Assembly (NCBI GenBank): GCA_040755995.1
Contig: JBFMAF010000006.1
Location: 1-58,111, forward strand
Direction: 5' to 3'
DNA length: 58,111 bases
DNA from: Acidobacteriota bacterium
GTDB lineage: Bacteria; Acidobacteriota; CAIWXX01
Positions 1-11,557 of the stretch are shown in pieces. The number at the start of each line of letters is the position of its first letter. Position 1 is the stretch's first letter. The position numbers and the translations under genes were made by a program. Below the pieces are notes generated by a model, which did no database searches, was not told the DNA's origin, and saw only the letters and a list, made by a program, of their open reading frames with translations.

Positions 1-1
1 C

Positions 2-64
2 TTGCACTATCTCAACCTCCGCAACGAACTCCGTGAAACCTTCGCCACCATGGCCCTGACGTGA
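2..64 (+). CDS. 3' end of a gene truncated by the window edge (LHYLNLRNELRETFATMALT*), possibly an IS transposase tail
   Basis: Open frame from nt 2 to TGA 62-64, followed by palindrome GACAACATGTTGTC (87-100) and TTGTCCAAAACTAG, which resembles an IS end; too short to assign. Confidence 0.3.
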   Translation: MHYLNLRNELRETFATMALT

Positions 65-105
65 TCTCCAACTACCACCCAGTATCGACAACATGTTGTC
101 CAAAA

Positions 106-125
106 CTAGGCGCTAACGCGCCTAG
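106..125. terminator. Hairpin between convergent genes
   Basis: CTAGGCGC-taac-GCGCCTAG, a perfect 8-bp stem 14 nt past the stop of the TolB-like gene. Confidence 0.4.
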
Positions 126-139
126 CGCGACCTGTGCAT

Positions 140-1246
140 CTACTCCACCCAGTCCGCCAGGAAGATGTTGGTATCATTCGGCTCGATGTTGTTTCGGTTC
201 GAAGCGAAGACGATCTTCTTGCCGTCGCGGCTGAGCATCGGGAAGCCGTCGAAGGTATCGTTGAAGGTGACCTGTTCGAGGCCTGTGCCGTCCGCGTTGA
301 TCAGGTAGAGATCGAAGTTGCGCCGGTTGGGACTGTTCATGTTCGAGGCGAATATGATTCGCTTTCCGTCGGGCATGAAATACGGCGCGAAGTTGGCGAA
401 GCCGTTCGACGTGATCTGGCGATTGCCGCTGCCGTCCGCATTCATCACGAACAGCTCCATGCGCGAAGGCTTGACCACGTTCATCCTGATCAGCTCGTCG
501 TACTCCCTCACCTCGACCGGTTCCTTCGGGTGCCACGCCCGATAGACGATCCGCGTTCCGTCGTACGAGAAAAAGGCTCCACCGTCGTATCCCTTTGAGC
601 TCGTCAGCCGTCTGGGATTGCTCCCATCCGGCTCCATCACATACAGCTCCGGATCGCCGTCACGCATCGACGTGAACAGGATTCTGGTTCCAGCCCAGTC
701 CATCACGCATTCGGCATCGTACCCCGGTGACGTCGTGAGACGCTTGACCCCGGTCCCATCCGGCTTCGCCGAGAATATGTCGAAGCTCGAATAGAGCGCC
801 CACACGTATCCCATGCTGTGGTCGGGCGGGGGTGGGCACTCGTCGCCTCCGAGATGCGTCGAGGCGTACATGATTCGCGGGCCGTCGGGGAAGAAGTAGC
901 CGCACGTGGTGCGACCCTTGCCGTTGCTCACCATTGCCGTCGCGCCTCCGTCGAGGTTCATCACGTACTCCGCATCACAGGCTCGATTGTCACGAGTCGA
1001 CTGGAAGATGAGCCGCCTGCCATCGGCCGAGAAATAGGCCTCGGCGTTCTCCCCAGCGAACGTGAGCTGGAGCATGTTCTTGAAGTGCTTCTCGCCCGGC
1101 CGCACGAGAGGCGCCGGACTGTTGGCGGCAGTCAAGCCCGGTGGAATTGCGGGTTCCTGTGGCTCGGCCGACCCGATGCCGTGCAAGAGTGCGGCCACAG
1201 CGAATGCAACCGCCGCCATATCCAGCCTGATCGTTGTCGTTCTCAT
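140..1246 (-). CDS. TolB-like PD40 beta-propeller periplasmic protein
   Basis: Repeats AYFSADGRRLIFQS, AFFSYDGTRIVY, PYFMPDGKRIIFAS, PMLSRDGKKIVFAS; signal-like N-terminus; start moved to ATG 1246 behind AGGAG. Confidence 0.85.
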   Translation of the reverse strand: MRTTTIRLDMAAVAFAVAALLHGIGSAEPQEPAIPPGLTAANSPAPLVRPGEKHFKNMLQLTFAGENAEAYFSADGRRLIFQSTRDNRACDAEYVMNLDGGATAMVSNGKGRTTCGYFFPDGPRIMYASTHLGGDECPPPPDHSMGYVWALYSSFDIFSAKPDGTGVKRLTTSPGYDAECVMDWAGTRILFTSMRDGDPELYVMEPDGSNPRRLTSSKGYDGGAFFSYDGTRIVYRAWHPKEPVEVREYDELIRMNVVKPSRMELFVMNADGSGNRQITSNGFANFAPYFMPDGKRIIFASNMNSPNRRNFDLYLINADGTGLEQVTFNDTFDGFPMLSRDGKKIVFASNRNNIEPNDTNIFLADWVE

Positions 1247-1549
1247 CACGGACTTCTCCTTCAGCAGCAAAGGTGCGCATCCTACCCCAGTTCGGGCCGG
1301 AGTGGAAGTTTGACAATGCGCAGGCGAGGCCGTAGATTTGAGGCATGGCGGCGGTGGCTTGCGGAGCGGCACCTGTTCGGGACGGGGTCGCGGTGTCGCC
1401 AATGTGCACGACGTGCCCCGTTGCGGACAACGCACTCGCCGGATGCGCCGGCGATCTCTCGGGCGGCAGCCACGCGGGCAGAGGGCGGCGCGTGCACCGG
1501 CCAGGGTGGCGTTGGCCTGCCACACTCTGCTGAGATCTCTCTGCCATCC

Positions 1550-2179
1550 ATGAGCCCCTTCCAGAACATTGTCGAGCGGATACTGGACACGCTGGAAGAC
1601 CTCGGCGCACCGGGGATCATGGCGATCGCATTCATCGACTCTTCGTTCCTCTCGCTGCCCGAGGTCAACGACTTCGTCGTCTTCGTCAAGTGCGCGGCGG
1701 CGGGTTGGGCCGCGCCCCTGTACGCCGCGGCAGCCACGGCAGGCAGCGCCGCGGGCGCCTCGTTGCTCTACCTTATCGGGAGGCGTGGCGGTGAGGCGCT
1801 GGTCCGCAGGCGCTTCCCGCGCAGGTTCGAGTCCGCCAGGAAGATCATAGCTCGTTACGGATCATGGGCTGTTCTGGTGCCGTCGATCCTTCCGCCGCCG
1901 CTGCCGTTCAAGATCTTCGTGCTGTCTGCCGGCGTATTCGGCATGCCGTACCGAAGCTTCATTCGCGCGATCTTGATCGGTAGGACCCTGCGGTACTTCA
2001 GCGAGGCGGCCGCCGCCGTGATCGTGGGTGAACTGGCGCTCGAGTTCTTCAAGACCCAACCGCTCACGATCGCGGGCATCGCGCTCGCGATTCTGGCCGC
2101 CGGCACGATCCTTCACCATCTGCTCACGCGGGTGCTCAGGAGCCGCGGCGTGCTCGACGCCGGGCAGCGGATTTCGTAA
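1550..2179 (+). CDS. DedA/VTT (YqaA-like) membrane protein
   Basis: AFIDSSFLSLPEVND, GSAAGASLLYLIGRRGG, LPPPLPFKIFVLSAG, GRTLRY motifs; hydrophobic. Confidence 0.85.
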   Translation: MSPFQNIVERILDTLEDLGAPGIMAIAFIDSSFLSLPEVNDFVVFVKCAAAGWAAPLYAAAATAGSAAGASLLYLIGRRGGEALVRRRFPRRFESARKIIARYGSWAVLVPSILPPPLPFKIFVLSAGVFGMPYRSFIRAILIGRTLRYFSEAAAAVIVGELALEFFKTQPLTIAGIALAILAAGTILHHLLTRVLRSRGVLDAGQRIS

Positions 2180-2215
2180 GCAATGTTGAACGCTCGCGAA
2201 GGGACGCGCCGGTAG

Positions 2216-2752
2216 ATGGCAACTCCTCTCGGGCACTCCCTCGCCGGCCTGATAATTTACGCGGGTCTCAGGCGTTCCGGCTGGCAGACTCCATCGCTTG
2301 CCGTCGCCATAGTCGCGGCCAATCTTCCCGACTTCGACTTCCTGCCCGGCATGTTGGTCGGGATGCCGTCGAAGTACCACCACGGCGTGACACACAGCCT
2401 GGGGGCGAGCCTGATCGCAGCGGCAGTACTCGCAACGGCCTGGTGGCTTGCCAGGAGGAACATCAGCGTGATCCGGTACGCCCTGTTCTTCGGGCTCTGC
2501 GTCTTCTCGCACGTCTTCCTCGACTACTTCACGCTGGACTACGGCGCCGACGCTGGAATTCCCGTGCTGTGGCCTTTCGACAACGCTCACTATATCTCCC
2601 CCGTCATCGTGTTCGGCGATGTCTGGCGGGAGCCTCCTTATGACATGAGCCTCATCCTGCACGATCTCCGGAACATGCTCATCGAGGTGCTGGTGTTCCT
2701 GCCGCCGCTGGCTATCCTGCTGTTGTGGAGAAGAGAGGAGAAACAGACATGA
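2216..2752 (+). CDS. Membrane-bound metal-dependent hydrolase (YdjM-like)
   Basis: GHSL, ANLPDFD, HHGVTHSL, SHVFLD, LWPF motifs. Confidence 0.85.
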   Translation: MATPLGHSLAGLIIYAGLRRSGWQTPSLAVAIVAANLPDFDFLPGMLVGMPSKYHHGVTHSLGASLIAAAVLATAWWLARRNISVIRYALFFGLCVFSHVFLDYFTLDYGADAGIPVLWPFDNAHYISPVIVFGDVWREPPYDMSLILHDLRNMLIEVLVFLPPLAILLLWRREEKQT

Positions 2753-3630
2753 GCTCGATCCTTCCCCTTGCAACCTTCCTCTTGGCCGCCGCAGCCTCAG
2801 CTGGCGCCGGTGCCATCCAGGACATCGAGGCATGGTGGAAGAACCGCCTGCAGTCGTTCGTCACATCGGAAACCTCGCCGCTGGCGGCCGTTGCCTCGTA
2901 CTATATGGCGCCGGGCGAGAGAGTACCTCTGGCCGCCGGCGCGGGAGAGACGCGGGCGAAGGAGCCGCTGTCGCATGGCGTCGTGGTGAAGTACACCGGC
3001 GGCGGCTTCGAGCTCGAATTCGCGAACTGCAAAGGCGTCAGCCTCGACGGCAAGGCATCTCCGTCTACGAGCCGGATCCAGGTGCCGGGCGCCCAGGACG
3101 TGGTGAAGGCCGATGGACTCGTCCTGCAGTTCTCTGCGCAGGGTGAGAGAGGACGCGTCATGGTGTTCAGGCCGGGCACGGAGAAGCAGACTCGCTTCGC
3201 CGGATTTCGGCGGTTTCCCGCTGACCTGCGATATCGCGTCACGGCGCGTCTGACGCGTCTGGAAAAACCCCAGCCCGTCACGATGGGCACCAGCCAGGGA
3301 CTGTTCAAGAAGTTCGTGCGCACCGGGTACTTCGACTTCGACATCGCCGGGCGGAAATTCCGGTTGTACGTTTACTGCCCGGAGGGCGGAGGCAAGGAGG
3401 ATCTCTTCCTGCCATTCAAGGACGGAAATGCCGGGGGTGAAACATACATGGCAGGCCGGTACGTTGATGTCGAAGGCGGTGATGACGGATCGTACACGGT
3501 CGACTTCAATCTGGCGTACAATCCGCTCTGCGCGGTCTCGCCCTATTACAACTGTGCCCGGCCGCCAGCTGAGAATTGCATTGGCGCGAAGATCGAGGCC
3601 GGCGAGAAGGCCCCTGCAGAGCATCCGTAG
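2749..3630 (+). CDS. DUF1684 domain exported protein
   Basis: LFLPFKD..ETYMAGRY..VDFNLAYNPLCA..YNC.RPP.EN..IEAGEK signature; ATGA overlap with the upstream gene. Confidence 0.85.
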   Translation: MSSILPLATFLLAAAASAGAGAIQDIEAWWKNRLQSFVTSETSPLAAVASYYMAPGERVPLAAGAGETRAKEPLSHGVVVKYTGGGFELEFANCKGVSLDGKASPSTSRIQVPGAQDVVKADGLVLQFSAQGERGRVMVFRPGTEKQTRFAGFRRFPADLRYRVTARLTRLEKPQPVTMGTSQGLFKKFVRTGYFDFDIAGRKFRLYVYCPEGGGKEDLFLPFKDGNAGGETYMAGRYVDVEGGDDGSYTVDFNLAYNPLCAVSPYYNCARPPAENCIGAKIEAGEKAPAEHP

Positions 3631-3893
3631 CGAATTGCGGCCTTGGAGCGATAAAGCATGCGAGGCCGCTTCGCCTTCACCTCGCCTGTCGAGTGGACCC
3701 GCTGGCGATGATGCACCGCTCCAACGACTCGACTCAATCTCAGCAGCCTTTCGGCTCGAGCCCCGTTGCGAGGGTCGATCCTCCGCGGCTGGAGTCATAT
3801 GCTTGCCGCACACTCACAGTCCTCAAGAGAGCCGACACCTCGCACAGCCGATCCGTATCCCCTGTCTCGGCGTAGGATTCACCGATTCTACAC

Positions 3894-3922
3894 TTGCACT
3901 CATCTCAAGGTAGCGGTATATT
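3894..3922 (+). promoter_or_regulatory. Sigma70-like promoter upstream of the GAF gene
   Basis: TTGCAC-17 nt-TATATT. Confidence 0.5.
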
Positions 3923-4161
3923 TGGACCGCGGAGATCAGCAAACTGGGGGGCAGGTATATGGATCCGCTATTGTTCTTAGAATTCCCGCCCGTGAGACGG
4001 TGCTCGGTCGCGAGCCCCAGAAATTCCTTGTCCTCGCGGTGGCACGAAGACGCCGCGCGGATCATCAACTCTGAAAAGAAAGCCCCCTCCTCGTCCAACA
4101 ATGATGTGTACGAAGCTGTCGTCGAAACTTGCCGGATCCGCCATCGATTGGGAGGCGTCAG

Positions 4162-5226
4162 ATGTTGAAGTGTACGGAATTCTTGAAGGTACTGCACACG
4201 CTGGGGGATGCGTTGAACTCCCCCTTGGAGGCCACGGAGATACTCGGGCAGACCTCCAAGGCGCTCGTGCAGCACCTGCAGCTCAAGGGGTGCGAGTTCT
4301 ATCTCCTCAGCCGGGACCAGCGCGTGCTCGAGCCCGTGGCTCACGACGGGCTCAGCGATGAGTTCATGTCGAATGGGCATCTGGAGGTCGAGAGGACGGT
4401 GGCCGAGGTCCTCAAGGGGCGTACCATCAGTGTGGCAGACTGTACGACCGATCCGAGAATCCAGCACTCATTGGCCTTTCATCAAGAGGGTATCCGATCG
4501 CTCCTCATGCTGCCGCTGAAAACCCGCGGCCAGGTCATCGGACTCATGCGCCTGCTGACATCGGAAGAACGTACGTTCTGCGACGAGGAGATGGAGATCC
4601 TCGATCTGATTGCAGACCTCTCCACCAGCATCCTCCTGCACGCCATGTTCCTGAAGATCCTGCATGACGTCTCGGAGACCGTGAGGTCCTCGCTGGACGT
4701 GGACGATGTGCTGAAGCAGATTGTAAGGGTGATCACCGAGGACCTGCGGGCGAAGGGCAGCATGATCCGGCTGCTGGATCCCGACACCAATCGACTGCAG
4801 CTCAGGGCGGCCTACGGATTGAGCGATGCCTACCTGCACAAGGGCCCGGTCGACGCCGACAAGAGCCTCGCCGAGACGCTCACCGGCAAGTGCGTCACGG
4901 TCTATGACGCCGGCCGTGACGCACGACTGCAGTACCCCGAGGCCGCGCGTCGCGAGGGGATAGCGTCGGTCCTGGCGGTGCCGCTCATGATCCACGGACA
5001 CGTGATCGGCGTGCTGCGCGTCTACACGCACAAGCCGTACGAGTTCTCCGACGACGAGATCTACCTGATGACGATGGTCGGCGAGCAGTGTGCGCTCGTG
5101 ATCCGTAACGCGCAGTTGTACAGCGGGCTGAAGGAACGCTACGAGACGCTCGTGACCGATTTCCACAACTGGTTCGACAGGTTCTACGGGCCCGGTGGGG
5201 CCGGTATGGAGGCGGACAGGGTGTAG
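4162..5226 (+). CDS. Stand-alone tandem GAF-GAF protein
   Basis: Two repeats ending EGIRSLLMLPL..GQVIGLMRL and EGIASVLAVPL..GHVIGVLRVY; GGAGG RBS; no output domain. Confidence 0.85.
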   Translation: MLKCTEFLKVLHTLGDALNSPLEATEILGQTSKALVQHLQLKGCEFYLLSRDQRVLEPVAHDGLSDEFMSNGHLEVERTVAEVLKGRTISVADCTTDPRIQHSLAFHQEGIRSLLMLPLKTRGQVIGLMRLLTSEERTFCDEEMEILDLIADLSTSILLHAMFLKILHDVSETVRSSLDVDDVLKQIVRVITEDLRAKGSMIRLLDPDTNRLQLRAAYGLSDAYLHKGPVDADKSLAETLTGKCVTVYDAGRDARLQYPEAARREGIASVLAVPLMIHGHVIGVLRVYTHKPYEFSDDEIYLMTMVGEQCALVIRNAQLYSGLKERYETLVTDFHNWFDRFYGPGGAGMEADRV

Positions 5227-5341
5227 GGCTGATCACGATCCGCCCCTACGGCCGGTGCCCGGCGCGTGCTTCAGCATGTTGCCGCGTTAGTGCTGGATTA
5301 GGGGGAGCGCCGATGCATTCCCAAATCGTCTCGGAACCCGT

Positions 5342-6643
5342 ATGATCGGCGGCGTGGTTCGCAGGATCGCATTCTGGTGCCTGGGAGGTCTGGCGGTCAC
5401 CGTCGCGGTGATCGCGATCGGCTGGAGGTCTACGGGGGAGCCCGCCCGGCCACGCGTCATCCTCCTGGGCCTGGACGGAGCCGGATGGAACACTGCTGGG
5501 CCGCTTCTCGAGGCCGGGGACCTGCCGAACCTCAAGGCGTTGATCGCCGAAGGGTGCAGCGGCTCGCTGGCGAGCATGTCGCCGGTGGTGTCCCCGCGCA
5601 TCTGGACTTCGATCGCCACCGGCAAGACGCCCAGGAAGCACGGGATACTGCAGTTCACCTACAAGACGCCAGGCGGTTCCAAGGCGCCGGTGCACCGGGG
5701 CCTGCGCCGATGCAAGGCGGTCTGGAACATACTGAGCGAGCGCGGCGTGAAGGTGACCGTGGTGAACTGGTGGGCCACGTGGCCGGCCGAACAGGTCAAC
5801 GGCATCATGGTGAGCGACCGGCTGAGATTCGGAGCGAGCCGGAAGTACCCCGCGTGCACGCTCGTACAGCCGAAGGAGCTCATGCAGGAGCTCAACACTC
5901 ACATCAAGAAGGTCGATGGCACATTCGATCGGGAAGGCCGCTCGGCGGGGTTCCCCGTGGATTGGCTTCGCGAGGGAGCGGTGCGGGACCCGCTCTTCCA
6001 AGAGATGCGACGCATGTTTCCCATGTACTACGCGCACGAGAGCACAGTCCGATCGGTCGGACTCGCGACACTGGGACATGACTTCGATTTCTATGCGATC
6101 GTCTTCAGAATGATAGACGTGTCGTCCCACTGCCTCCAATATCAGCTCGACCTCGATCGGCTACCGCAGATGAGCGCGCAGGAGCGCGATCTGGCATTCA
6201 TGCGGACGATCCGCCCGGCGTGGTTGTTCTGCGACGAGCTGATTGGGAAGTTCCGCGAGAGAAATCCCAGGGCGACTTACATCCTGGTCTCCGATCACGG
6301 GTTCTGCTATCAGGACCGGCACTTCGGACACGAGAGCAGCGAGACGGGGCCGGCCCCCGGAATATTCGTGGGCTCCGGCGGGGCGTTCATGAAGGGAGCT
6401 CGCGTAGACGGCGCATCGATCCTTGACATCACCCCGACCATCCTGAGACTCTACGGTCTTGCCGCGGCCAATGATATGGACGGCCGCTCTCTCGACTCGG
6501 CTCTTGACCTGGGCAGGCTTCCTCCCCTGAGCGCGGAGGCTCCACAATCCTACGATCAAGGTTGGAAAAACGAGACCGACACGGGCGGTGCGACGGAGAC
6601 AGAGGTCATGCAGGACCTCAAGGCGCTGGGCTACATACAGTAG
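5342..6643 (+). CDS. Alkaline phosphatase superfamily / type I phosphodiesterase-like protein (true start may be GTG 5354)
   Basis: ILLGLDGA, SPRIWTSIATG, LVSDHGF, LDITPTIL, MDGR, LKALGYIQ; N-terminal TM segment. Confidence 0.85.
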   Translation: MIGGVVRRIAFWCLGGLAVTVAVIAIGWRSTGEPARPRVILLGLDGAGWNTAGPLLEAGDLPNLKALIAEGCSGSLASMSPVVSPRIWTSIATGKTPRKHGILQFTYKTPGGSKAPVHRGLRRCKAVWNILSERGVKVTVVNWWATWPAEQVNGIMVSDRLRFGASRKYPACTLVQPKELMQELNTHIKKVDGTFDREGRSAGFPVDWLREGAVRDPLFQEMRRMFPMYYAHESTVRSVGLATLGHDFDFYAIVFRMIDVSSHCLQYQLDLDRLPQMSAQERDLAFMRTIRPAWLFCDELIGKFRERNPRATYILVSDHGFCYQDRHFGHESSETGPAPGIFVGSGGAFMKGARVDGASILDITPTILRLYGLAAANDMDGRSLDSALDLGRLPPLSAEAPQSYDQGWKNETDTGGATETEVMQDLKALGYIQ

Positions 6644-6927
6644 CTCGCTGGGGTGCGTCAACGAAAATTGGGGCGCCTCTCGTGCGATGGCATCGGGCAA
6701 ACGCGCGGGTTCTGACAAGCGAAACCCGCATCACGAGCGCATTCCTGACAATCTGACACTGCGGCACGTTGACCGCAAGAACCTGCCGCGTTAGACTCGC
6801 GGCACGATGCACTCGAGATCCGCGCTGGCTGCCGGCCCGACCTCGAAGCGGACACCGGGCGTGCCCGGCGTCGCGCGTGCGCTGCGGGCGAGGCGGTCCT
6901 TGTGGAGCGCGCCGGGCTGTGACGGAA

Positions 6928-9324
6928 ATGGCTAGGCGGCGCGAGACCGTTCGAGTGCGGGCTTTTCTCCGCGAGTTCTCTCTCTGGTCGCTCGTCGCGG
7001 TCGGCCTCGCGCTTTTTCACAGGGCCCTCTTCTTCGGAGAGACCTTCTACTTCCGTGACCTGTGGAAGCCCTTCCTGCCGCAAAAGAGGCTGTTCGCGGA
7101 GATGCTGGCGAACGGCATCCTGCCGCTGTGGGACCCCTACCTTCACGGCGGACAGCCGTTGCTCGCCAATCCCAACTTCTCTCTACTCTATCCATCGCAG
7201 ATTCTGTACCTGCTCCTGGACCCATCGCTGGCGCTCAGCCTCGAAGTCGCTGGGCACATCATACTGGCGGGCGTCGCGATGTACCTGCTGGCGCGCGCGC
7301 TGGGCTTGTCATCCAGTTCAGCCTTCCTGGCCGGCGCAGTCTTTGGCTACTGCGGGTGCACGCTGTCGTTGGGAAACCTCCTGAACCGTCTCCTGGCGAT
7401 GCCCTACATGCCGCTCACAATCATGTACTCGCATCTGTACGCTGTGGAGCGGAGGCGCTCGCGCGCTCTGTGCGCAATCGCATGCGGAATGATCCAGGCT
7501 CTTGCTGGATCTCCCGAGACATCGGCGCTCACGCTCGCGCTTCTCCTTGCGTGGCTTCTCTTCGCTGCGCGCGAGGGCGCGCGGCCGCTCAGGGTGATCG
7601 GCGGATGGCTGGCATTCTGTGCGGCCGTCCTGGCTTCGGCGGCTGTGCTGATCGTGCCCGCGATCGAGATGTACCTGCAGTCGGTGCGCGCGGGTACAGG
7701 TACTTTCGAGAGCTTCGCCGAGCGGTCGCTCCACCCGTGGCGCCTTCTCGATCTCATCCTGCCCGGCTTTCTCGGACCTGTCGACATCATCCGGGATTTC
7801 TGGGGCGCAGCGCAGCTTGACCGCGGCAGCCCGTACCTGCTCAGCATCTACTTCGGTGCGCTCGCGCTGTCGCTGGCAATCTTCGGCGGTGTCGAGCCGT
7901 CGGATTCCGGTCACGGCCACCTTGCTCCGGGTATCCGCCGGATGCTGCTCGCGTTCATGCTCGGATCGATACTGCTATCTCTCGGCCGTTTCCTGCCTGG
8001 GGCGCGCCTGTTGTATGAATGGGCACCTCCGATCCGAATCTTCCGTTTTCCGGAAAAGCTCTTGATCGGCGCGGCCTTCCCCTGCGCCTTGCTTGCCGCC
8101 TGGGCGGTAGACCGCATTCTGGCCTCTCCACCACGCGCAGGCGTATGGCTGGCCCGCGGTCTGTGGGTTCTGACTGTAGCGGCGGTCGCTGGTGCCGCCC
8201 TGATGGCGTGGTGCGAGCCAGGATCGATCGCAGTTCAGCAGATGCTTTTCGATCGGGTTGCGCCGCACATCTCCCGTGGATTGCAGTTGTCGCTCGCGCA
8301 CTGCGCGGTGGTGAGCGTCGGCGGAGCCCTCCTGGTCTCGTCGAGCGGCCGCGGGCGGCGCGCCGGATTGGCCGGCCTCCTGTTGCTGGACCTGCTCGTC
8401 GCGGGGCGCGGTCTCAACCCGACCGCCTCCCGAGAGCTATTGAGTGCGCAGCCCGACGCCGCACGGCTGGCCCGCCGATTGGCGGGGCCGGGCAGGCTCT
8501 ATCGCGACACGGATCCCCCGGACGTCTACATCTATTTCCCGACAAGCAGCACGCTTTACCAGTCGCTCTGGATGAACGCGGTGCTCGATGAATTCCGCGC
8601 CTCCGCCTATCACATTCCCGTCGTGTTCCACTACGACTTCGACGGCATGGCGCCTTGCCGGACGGTCTTTCTGGGCGGCCTGGTGGAGACGCTGCCGTGG
8701 CGCGAGCGCCTTCCGTTCCTGTCGTCAGCCGGTGTGAGCCTGGTCCTGACGGCCGACCCGGCACCGTTGCCTGAGCTCGTGCGCCTGGGCCGGGTGGAGA
8801 ACCGAAGCAATACGGAATTCTACTTCTGTAGTAATAATGCCGGGATAGCGCCTGCATGCCTTGTCGGCAGCTACTCATCGGCCATAGACGACCGCGACGC
8901 AATCGAGCAGATGCTCGCCGGGTTCGACCCGCGCAAACGCGTGGTGCTTTCGAACGCACCCGCGGTCGATCACGCCTCCGCGTCGAACCAGGCCTCGGGT
9001 GAAATACGACTCGTCGCCGACCGGCCCGGCGGGCAGATCTTCGACGTGCGCTCGGAGAGCGGCGGGTTCCTCGTCATCCCGCAGAACTACTACCCCGGGT
9101 GGCGGACGTCGGTGGATGGGGTTACGACGGCGGAGTTGCGGGCCAACTACGCATTCGTCGCCGTGCGGCTCGGTGCAGGTCGTCACCTTGTGGAACGCCG
9201 TTACCAGCCCTGGACGGTGCCGGTGGGGGCAGGGATCAGCGCCCTGGCGCTCCTGCTGCTGATCCTGTGGACCATGTGGGGACGCCACGACGAGCACACG
9301 AGGCGGCCGGTGGCGCCGTCGTGA
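6928..9324 (+). CDS. YfhO-family (GT-C-like) integral membrane protein
   Basis: FRD..PLWDPYLHGGQPLLANP, FRFPEK, YYPGWRTSVDG..RANYAF; many TM helices. Confidence 0.8.
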   Translation: MARRRETVRVRAFLREFSLWSLVAVGLALFHRALFFGETFYFRDLWKPFLPQKRLFAEMLANGILPLWDPYLHGGQPLLANPNFSLLYPSQILYLLLDPSLALSLEVAGHIILAGVAMYLLARALGLSSSSAFLAGAVFGYCGCTLSLGNLLNRLLAMPYMPLTIMYSHLYAVERRRSRALCAIACGMIQALAGSPETSALTLALLLAWLLFAAREGARPLRVIGGWLAFCAAVLASAAVLIVPAIEMYLQSVRAGTGTFESFAERSLHPWRLLDLILPGFLGPVDIIRDFWGAAQLDRGSPYLLSIYFGALALSLAIFGGVEPSDSGHGHLAPGIRRMLLAFMLGSILLSLGRFLPGARLLYEWAPPIRIFRFPEKLLIGAAFPCALLAAWAVDRILASPPRAGVWLARGLWVLTVAAVAGAALMAWCEPGSIAVQQMLFDRVAPHISRGLQLSLAHCAVVSVGGALLVSSSGRGRRAGLAGLLLLDLLVAGRGLNPTASRELLSAQPDAARLARRLAGPGRLYRDTDPPDVYIYFPTSSTLYQSLWMNAVLDEFRASAYHIPVVFHYDFDGMAPCRTVFLGGLVETLPWRERLPFLSSAGVSLVLTADPAPLPELVRLGRVENRSNTEFYFCSNNAGIAPACLVGSYSSAIDDRDAIEQMLAGFDPRKRVVLSNAPAVDHASASNQASGEIRLVADRPGGQIFDVRSESGGFLVIPQNYYPGWRTSVDGVTTAELRANYAFVAVRLGAGRHLVERRYQPWTVPVGAGISALALLLLILWTMWGRHDEHTRRPVAPS

Positions 9325-9349
9325 ATGGGCGCCGGGGCTGCGCGATCGA

Positions 9350-11401
<2,052 letters not shown>

Positions 11402-11557
11402 CAAACGCCTCCCGGCCGCAAGGGCCTCAGAATCCTCGTGGTTTCACCTGGCACTGTCGACGCACCGATGCAGAGAACAGCTGAGCACCGACAGTGCAGG
11501 CCCGCAGTATGGCGACAGGACTATCCCTTGTCAACCGCGAAGGGCAGGGGCGACCAC

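Noticed and set aside
818..1549. Long N-terminal extension of DedA
   Set aside because: Mostly the antisense shadow of the TolB-like gene; DedA motifs begin at 1550
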